The translations under genes were made by a program, and so were the position numbers. A DNA stretch of 64,000 nt from Octopus vulgaris (lineage: Eukaryota). The stretch is from the NCBI GenBank assembly GCA_951406725.2, contig OX597816.1, positions 124,620,001 to 124,684,000 on the forward strand, read 5' to 3'. This document shows, piece after piece, positions 56,492 through 64,000 of the stretch. Below the pieces are notes generated by a model that searched no databases, had not been told where the DNA came from, and saw only the letters and a list, made by a program, of their open reading frames with translations. How positions within the stretch are numbered: position 1 is the first letter of the stretch; each line of letters begins with the position of its first letter.

Positions 56492-58015
56492 GTCAAAGAC
56501 CGTTTTTTTCCATTTCTATAAGTAGAGATTCCAAAAACGAAGGCCCTTGCGGCTCACATACACAAAACCGGAGTGGCAAATACACGAATTCAGTCACTTA
56601 CCGTTAATAGCGAACACGGTGTTTCTGGATCACAAACATATAAAAAAAAGGGTGAGTTTGAATTCCTTCATCAGCGCTATATTCGTTAGCTTTATCAAAT
56701 GCCACCAGCCCTCACTTCTGACCCAGCGACATCAGATAGTGGGGGGAAATGCGCAGATGTTAAAACCAAGTAACGACTGGGAACGTAAATTTTCCCTCCA
56801 AAATTCTGCCATGCGCGCCTTCTGGGTAATCGTAATGGAATGAGGAATCCACATGGTAATACAATAAAAATGGTAAATAATTTTCCTGTGGTTTTTCATG
56901 TAACCAACAATTATTTACCGGTAAATTTCGGTATGTAAATACGACAAAATAATTGTCAAGACTTTTGTAAGGTTCAGTATATAGTAAAGAAAAATAAGTT
57001 GGCTAGCAGCAAGCTGTTTCGCCTCATACCGAAGGAATTAGAAATGGCAGTCAAAGACCGTTTTTTCCATTTCTATAAGTAGAGATTCCAAAAACGAAGG
57101 CCCTTGCGGCTCACATACACAAAACCGGAGTGGCAAATACACGATTTCAGTCACTTACCGTTAATAGCGAACACGGTGTTTCTGGATCACAAACATATTA
57201 AAAAAAGGGTGAGTTTGAATTTCTTCATCAGCGCTATATTCGTTAGCTTTATCAAATGTCACCAGCCCTCACTTCTGACCCAGCGACATCAGATAGTGGG
57301 GGGAAGTGCGCAGATGTTAAAACCAAGTAACGACTGGGAACGTAAATTTTCCCTCCAAAATTCTGCCATGCGCGCCTTCTGGGTAATCGTAATGGAATGA
57401 GGAATCCACATGGTAATACAATAAAAATGGTAAATAATTTTCCTGTGGTTTTTCATGTAAAGAAAAATAAGTTTCGCCTCATCGGTATGAGGCGAAACAG
57501 CTTGCTGCTAGCCAACTTATTTTTCTTTACTATATACTGAACCTTACAAAGGTCTTGACAATTATTTTGTCGTATTTACATACCGAAATTTACCGTAAAT
57601 AATTGTGGTTACATGAAAAACCACAGGAAAAATTTAATTGTTGGTTACATGAAATTGTTGGTTACTTGGTTTTAACATCTGCGCACTTCGCGCCCCCACT
57701 ATCTGATGTCGCTGGGTCAGAAGTGAGGGCTGGTGGCATTTGATAAAGCTAACGAATATAGCGCTGATGAAGGAATTCAAACTCACCCTTTTTTAATATG
57801 TTTGTGATCCAGAAACACCGTGTTCGCTATTAACGGTAAGTGACTGAATTCGTGTATTTGCCACTCCGGTTTTGTGTATGTGAGCCGCAAGGGCCTTCGT
57901 TTTTGGAATCTCTACTTATAGAAATGGAAAAAACGGTCTTTGACTGCCATTTCTAATTCCTTCGGTATGAGGCGAAACAGCTTGCTGCTAGCCAACTTAT
58001 TTTTCTTTACTATAT
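56491..58015. repeat. Young 558-bp unit in tandem plus inverted copies within (TA)n
   Basis: Unit 1 is 56491-57048 and unit 2 runs 57049-~57480 with deletions. An inverted copy spans 57483-58015. Copies are near-identical. Confidence 0.95.
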
Positions 58016-58022
58016 ATACATA

Positions 58023-58085
<63 letters not shown>

Positions 58086-58996
58086 TTCATCACTGTTTAG
58101 AATTATCTTTAAAAAATTTCAATACATTATATAAATGTAATTTTTGAACTTTGAATCCGAATTTGTTACTCCTTTATTCCAGAAAAATCTCGCAAAAATC
58201 TTACAAGTGATCAAAGTTTGATCATTTTCATAATTATCAGCCAATCAGAACATATCGCGTTCGCTGCCTCTTCAATCCTCAGGTGTGGGCAGCATCGGCA
58301 TATGAAAAGGTTCGAGTGCAAATGAAATATTTAAATGCTACTAGCAAACCAACTGGAGTTGCTAGAAATAACATTCAAAACGTTAAAATATACACGAACA
58401 TTTAGAGAGGAATATATAAACATACAAACTTACTCAAATATCTTTGTGTTACATCAAAGCACAAGAGAAAAATAGTTTTTATATTAACGAAACCATAACA
58501 TGCTTGACTAATAGACCCTGCCTTAGAAATAAAAGAGGAATTTCCCTAAATGACAACAGCAACAAACAAGATAGAATCAGCCTAAGTTTACCACCGACAT
58601 ACATTATTTTGTTAAAACAAATTTGACACTCCCATACTTAAACACTGGAATTTGAACTTTTGACCTTTATATTATCGAAGCAAGAAGCAACACAAATAAT
58701 GTCACTCTTTGTGCCTACTTATCAAAAGAGACGCACCTACAGGGTTGTTAACAAATTTCTATATGCATGAATAACTTCTAAACAATACGATAATCACAAA
58801 TTTAATCAAGAAAAACTTTTACAATTCTACTTCCACACTCAAATACACACACCCAAAGATATTTTTAACTCAAAGGAGTCAATATAAAGGCAAGATTAAT
58901 CGGATGCATCGCTGTCCGGCGATGGCTTAACTGTCCGAAAGAGTCCGATGTCATTGTCAAGAACATTCTAGTATAAAAATTATGTATGTATATATG

Positions 58997-59027
<31 letters not shown>

Positions 59028-59028
59028 G

Positions 59029-59097
<69 letters not shown>

Positions 59098-59098
59098 A

Positions 59099-59148
<50 letters not shown>

Positions 59149-59149
<1 letters not shown>

Positions 59150-59443
59150 GCGGAATGGCCCAGTGGTTAGGGCAGCGGACTCGCGGTCGCAGGATCGCAG
59201 TTTCGATTCCCAGACCGGGCGTTGTGAGTGTTTATTGAGAAAAAAACACCTAAAAGCTCTACGACGCTCCAGCAGGGGGTGGTGATCCCTGCTGTACTCT
59301 TTCACCACTCTTTCTCCCACCCTTTCTTCTGTTGGCCTGCTCACTTAGCCAGCGGGGTGGCGTCATTCGAGGGCTAAAACAATGCGAACGCATTGTGACC
59401 AGCGATGTGTAACAACATCTGATGGTCTGCTCGGTCACGTGAT

Positions 59444-59450
<7 letters not shown>
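59149..59450 (+). mobile_element. tRNA(Arg)-like SINE (OR-type), full length
   Basis: TGGCCCAGTGGTTAGGGCAGCGGACTCGCGG...GTTTCGATTCCC head, ending (CACGTGAT)2 into (TA)n. Paralogue at 62494-62795. Confidence 0.88.
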
Positions 59451-59474
<24 letters not shown>

Positions 59475-59622
59475 AGAAAATAGTAAAGTGTGAAAAAACG
59501 ACAGAAGGCTTAAATGTTAAAAAATATATATATTTGTGTCAAAATGTCTGGAGAATATTGGAAAAAAAATTTTTTTTTTTTTTTCCCTTTACTTAAAATG
59601 ACATAATTTTAAAATTTTTAAA

Positions 59623-59658
59623 GAAATTACCGGTTTCGCGTGTAGCTTTTCAAATTTC
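59623..59658 (-). ncRNA. Minimal hammerhead motif with U3-A8 core (inverted pLTR copy)
   Basis: Minus strand GAAAT-TTGAAAA-GC(TACAC)GC-GAAA-CCGG-TA-ATTTC. Confidence 0.75.
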
Positions 59659-60002
59659 TTGTGACGTTATGTTTATATTGCATGGAATTATCGTTGTTTT
59701 TATTTCCAGGAGATTTCTATATAAGGGGAGGTAGTGAGTGATTTTTTCCGGTGTAGGGGAAATAATCGCTTAAAAATTGTTTTTCCCTTTTCCTTGTTAA
59801 TTTCTCTGTGTCAGTATGTTCGGATGGTTGAGTCTGGGTTTGTACTTTTCAATGACGAATGTTTCCTTGTTCAGTCTCATTTGTGTTGATGATCCGAAAG
59901 CACATTGGTAAAATGGGAAGATTAAAAATTGTGGCAGTAGTTGCTTTGCGCATTTCTCAATGTGCTCACTAAAAGGTATCATTCTATATTCTGGGAATGC
60001 AA

Positions 60003-60863
60003 TCATGCCACCCAAGACACACTAAAACAAACATCCCCTTCAACCTTGCAAGAAGGATATGCACAATAGTGTCAGAACAAAATACCAGGAACTTTAGACT
60101 GCAAGAACTCAAAAACACCCTAATTGACAGACATTACCCAGCTCAACTCATAGAGGATGGGATCAGACGTGCAACAGAAATCAACATAGAAACTTTAAGA
60201 AAAGTTCAACACAACAACACACCTTCCCCGAAAATACTACCTTACATATCTACATACAACCCCAGAAACAAAGAAGCCTTCACCATCATCACCCAGAATT
60301 TACCAATACTTCATAAAAACCCAAAATTAAAGGAAATTCTAAACATACACCAAATCATTAAAAGCTACAAACAGCCTAAATCACTTAAAAAGATTCTCAC
60401 AAAGGCATAATTGTCTTCTAAAATTACGGATGCAAAAGTAAAAAAATGTGGTAGATCGAACTGTGCAACATGTCCTAACCTATTGGAAGGATCAGAATTC
60501 TTCTTTAAAGAGGGACAGAAATTTAAGATCAAATCTAACTTTACTTGTGCCTCTGAAAACATAATTTATGTTATTAAATGCTCGGGCTGCCACCAAGACT
60601 ACGTGGGTTCCACGGGACTATCACTCAGGCGCAGATGCACACTGCATCGACAACAGATTGCATTCCCAGAATATAGACTGATACCTTTTAGTGAGCACAT
60701 TGAGAAATGCGCAAAGCAACTACTGCCACAATTTTTAATCTTCCCATTTTACCAATGTGCTTTCGGATCATCAACACAAATGAGACTGAACAAGGAAACA
60801 TTCTTCATTGAAAAGTACAAACCCAGACTCAACCATCCGAACATACTGACACAGAGAAATTAA
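60003..60863 (+). pseudogene. PLE ORF C-terminal part: RT thumb, Zn-finger-like linker, GIY-YIG endonuclease
   Basis: SCHPRHTKTNIPFNLARRICTIVS...YNPRN...KQPKSLKKILTKA*...CGRSNCATC...NIIYVIKCSGCHQDYVGSTG...LHRQQI...KETFFIEKYKPRLN. One in-frame TAA at 60408-60410. Confidence 0.93.
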
Positions 60864-61001
60864 CAAGGAAAAGGGAAAAAAAATTTTTAAGCGATTATTT
60901 CCCCTACACCGGAAAAAATCACTCACTACCTCCCCTTATATAGAAATCTCCTGGAAATAAAAACAACGATAATTCCATGCAATATAAACATAACGTCACA
61001 A

Positions 61002-61037
61002 GAAATTTGAAAAGCTACACGCGAAACCGGTGATTTC
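61002..61037 (+). ncRNA. Minimal hammerhead motif with U3-A8 core and G at the cleavage position
   Basis: GAAAT-TTGAAAA-GC(TACAC)GC-GAAA-CCGG-TG-ATTTC. Confidence 0.7.
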
Positions 61038-61244
61038 AAAAATTTTAAAATTATGTCATTTTAAGTAAAGGGAAAAAAAAAATAATATTTTTTTTGGAAT
61101 ATTCTCCAGACATTTTGACACAAATATATATATTTTTTAACATTTAAGCCTTCTGTCGTTTTTTCACACTTTACTATTTTCTTATATATTCACCCACGTG
61201 CTTTACCAAACAAACTTTCTTATCTATATATATATATATATGAT

Positions 61245-61275
<31 letters not shown>

Positions 61276-61364
61276 TCTTTAGTATTTAGCAGGAGTAACA
61301 GAGTGACTCATATTTTGTGTTCCATTTATCCTGCTTGCATCAACATACATATTATATATATATA

Positions 61365-61397
<33 letters not shown>

Positions 61398-62156
61398 ATG
61401 TATGTATATATGTATGTATAGTATCATGAGGTTAAATCAATCTGTATTATTACAACGATACAGCAAACACATATGGCTTTATGTTCCAGATAAAGACAAA
61501 TGAAAGCAAAGATCATATAAGTTACAAGATGGAATAACACTGAACCCTGTAAGAAATAGTAAGAAAAGAACTTTGTAACATCTATAATGAAGCTGTGTCA
61601 GTGCCTATCTGAGCAACGAAAATTTGAAACCTCATGAAATAAATCCATTTTTATGTGCTATTAACTTATATGAATTGTTCTATATCTATGTTTATCTGTA
61701 TGTATACATTTGTGTGTATATGTCTGTGAATGTGATATCTGTGTATGTGTGCGTAACGACCAACTTCTTTCTGCTATTTTTCCGTCATTTTCCTCTTGCT
61801 ATATATATATGTAGTTATTCAAGAGATACCAAAAACTCATTAAAACAGACCCAATCACTGCTATCGTCCACAGGAGTCACCTGATCATTTAACATCCTAC
61901 TACTATCAACCCATCCTGTATTCCCTTATTCTCTCTTCTTCTCTTTCTTCTTCTTCTTCGTCTTCTTACTCTCCGCCACCTCCTTCCTACTTTACTACTA
62001 CTGCTGTTTAGAATAACACCTACGTAAATATTGTAAACAATACATTCAAAAGAGATATCTCAAGCATTCGATCACTACTACCATCATCAACATGTCACTT
62101 TCAGGGCACTTGACCATTTAACGTTCTAGTATTGACATATCACTCCCACATTCTTT

Positions 62157-62235
62157 TTCTCCTCCTCCTCCTCCTCCTCCTCCTCCTTCTTCTTCTTCTT
62201 CTTCTTCTTCTTCTTCTTCTTCTTCTTCTTCTTCT
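62157..62235. repeat. (CCT)n(CTT)n polypyrimidine microsatellite
   Basis: Directly visible. Confidence 0.95.
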
Positions 62236-62385
62236 CTGCCATGAATTCACAACCCACAAGAGTAAACAAGAGAGACAGAGATAGGCAGAAACAAGGAGAA
62301 TGCACCTTATATTTGAATACTATGCAAATATTCTTTCAAAAAAAATTTTCAATTAATTTTTCCAAAACTTAATTATTTTCCATAA

Positions 62386-62427
62386 TTACAGTTGAAAAAG
62401 TCTCAATGACCGAAACTGGTAGTGAAA
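62386..62427 (+). ncRNA. Decayed hammerhead motif with U3-A8 core in a pLTR-like fragment (~62270-62475)
   Basis: TTACAG-TTGAAAA-AGTC(TCAAT)GACC-GAAA-CTGG-TA-GTGAAA; stems I, II and III each carry mismatches. Confidence 0.55.
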
Positions 62428-62493
62428 TGTTTCTTATAAAATTATTTCACCATTTCCTACCTTGAATTTTTTCGATATATATATATATATTAC

Positions 62494-62795
62494 CGTGATC
62501 ACCATCACAGGCTATCAGATGTTGCTACACATCGCTGGTCAAAATGCGCTTCACATTGTTTTAGCCTTCAAATGATGCCGCACTGCTGGCTAAGCGAGCA
62601 GGCCAACAGAAGAAAGAGTGAGAGAAAGTTGTGGCGAAAGAGTACAGCAGGGATCTACCCCCCCCCTGCCGGAGCTTCGTGGAGCTTTAGGTGTGTTTCG
62701 CTCAATAAACACACACAAACTCAGTCTGGGAATCGAAACCCCAATCCTACGATCGCAAGTCCACTGCCCTAACCACTGGAACATTGTGCCTCCAC
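62494..62795 (-). mobile_element. tRNA(Arg)-like SINE (OR-type)
   Basis: Diverged reverse complement of 59149-59450 over its full length. Confidence 0.88.
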
Positions 62796-62914
62796 ATATA
62801 AATATATATATATGTGCGTGTGTGTGTGCGTTTGTGTGTGTCTGAGTCTCTGTGTGTGTATGTGTGGGGGTGTATACATATATATATATATATATATAGA
62901 CAGACAGAGATATG

Positions 62915-62980
<66 letters not shown>

Positions 62981-63024
62981 AGCACATGTTATATGTCTCT
63001 ACCTGTATAAAATGCGGAAGTATA

Positions 63025-63200
63025 AATAATCCTTTCTACTATATGCACGCACAGGGTTAGAAATTTCGATTACGTCGACCCATTATTCATCTGGTATTTA
63101 ATTTAGAGACACCGAAAGGACGAAAGGCAAAGTCGAGTTCAGAAGATTCTGAAAACGAATGAAATGCCAGTAAGCATTTTGCACGGCTTGAACGATTGTG
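63025..63200 (-). mobile_element. Degenerate Meta-like SINE
   Basis: AATCCTTTCTACTATA...GTCGACCC...CTGGTATTTAATTT...CCGAAAGGACGAAAGGCAAAGTCGA. Confidence 0.7.
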
Positions 63201-63257
63201 TTGATATAATTATATACATTTATATGATTATTTTCTTTCAATGTTGGTGCCAGTTAA

Positions 63258-63410
63258 GGAGGCGAACTTGGTAGAATCTTAAGCATGTTGGTCAAAATTC
63301 TTAGCTTCCTTTCGGAGTCGATAAAATAAGTACCAGTTAAACACTGTGATCGATGTAATCAAGTTCTCCCCCCCCCCTTAGTTTGCTAGCATTGTACAGG
63401 AATTTGAAGT
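63258..63410 (+). mobile_element. Meta-like SINE with internal deletion
   Basis: GGAGGCGAACTTGGTAGAATC...TCCTTTCGGAGTCGATAAAATAAGTACCAGTT...GATGTAATC. Confidence 0.75.
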
Positions 63411-64000
63411 TAATATTGGTGCTATGTAAAAGATAGTCCAGAACTGATTAAAGTCTGTCTTGTAATGTTAGTATTTTACTTGTAACTTTGTTTATTCAAT
63501 ACGAATAGAGTGTCAAATTGACCCGAAAGATATTCGGACTTAGTTTAGATATTTACGTAATTAGGAAAAGCAATTAATTTGACCCACTTATATCTATGGC
63601 TCAGCCAATTAGTTTTATGTATAAGATGAAAATGATGAGATTATGGAAGTAGTGAAATTATAACAATAATAAAGATTATATGGAATTTCATTAATGATCA
63701 TAGTTTCTGAAATCAAAATATTTTACGTTAGCTTTTTGATAAGTCTGTTTCGTGAAGAAGAGAGTTTACTAATTTGTAATCGATTAATTTTCTTTTCACA
63801 TGCGCAGAAGTCAAAGCTGAAAAATAAACTGGTTCAGAATAGTGCAGGCTGTGTAACTGCCTCAAGTATATCTGTCATCCTCATTCGCAAAACTTCTAAT
63901 AGCAAATATAGTTTATCAGTTATAAAATACACACACGAAGAGCTGCATGAATGCAAGCTAAATCGGAATATATAAAATAATAAAAAGCTATTAATAATTT

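Larger units (their letters stand above)
59474..61183 (+). mobile_element. 5'-truncated Penelope-like element (Naiad/Neptune type) with inverted 3' duplication
   Basis: 59474-60004 is the reverse complement of ~60656-61183 with only a few differences. It encodes the RT thumb, a CX4CX2C linker and GIY-YIG, carries a hammerhead in the pLTR, and is inserted in (TA)n. Confidence 0.93.

Noticed and set aside
56547-57400. Duplicated 98-aa ORF
   Set aside because: Starts at TTG, has no recognisable domain, and recurs only because the repeat unit is duplicated.
59149-59225. tRNA-Arg(TCG)-like sequence as a tRNA gene
   Set aside because: No proper acceptor stem, and it continues into a SINE body with a paralogue at 62494-62795.
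60408-60410. In-frame stop in the PLE ORF as possible selenocysteine recoding (reported for some Naiads)
   Set aside because: The codon is TAA, not TGA, and no SECIS is evident. It is probably a nonsense mutation.

Overview
Repeat-saturated, AT-rich eukaryotic non-genic (intergenic or intronic) DNA. The SINE families and microsatellite load suggest an octopus genome (inference). I found no intact host gene; almost all listed ORFs are microsatellite artefacts or decayed transposon reading frames. The window holds at least six Penelope-like element (PLE) remnants, including a young Naiad/Neptune-type copy with a ~530-bp inverted 3' duplication. It also holds several R4/Dong, RTE and CR1 LINE remnants, three mariner derivatives, a full-length decayed hATm transposon with TIRs and TSD, and four tRNA-derived SINE families. 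The most interesting signal is RNA-structural. There is a set of minimal hammerhead ribozyme motifs with palindromic stem III, and three different repeat families carry the compensatory U3-A8 core. There is also an unassigned covarying pseudoknot plus GAAA-hairpin motif shared by two otherwise unrelated (TA)n-embedded repeats (12951-13480 and the 558-bp tandem/inverted array at 56491-58015). All alignments and translations were done by eye, and boundaries of decayed elements are approximate.
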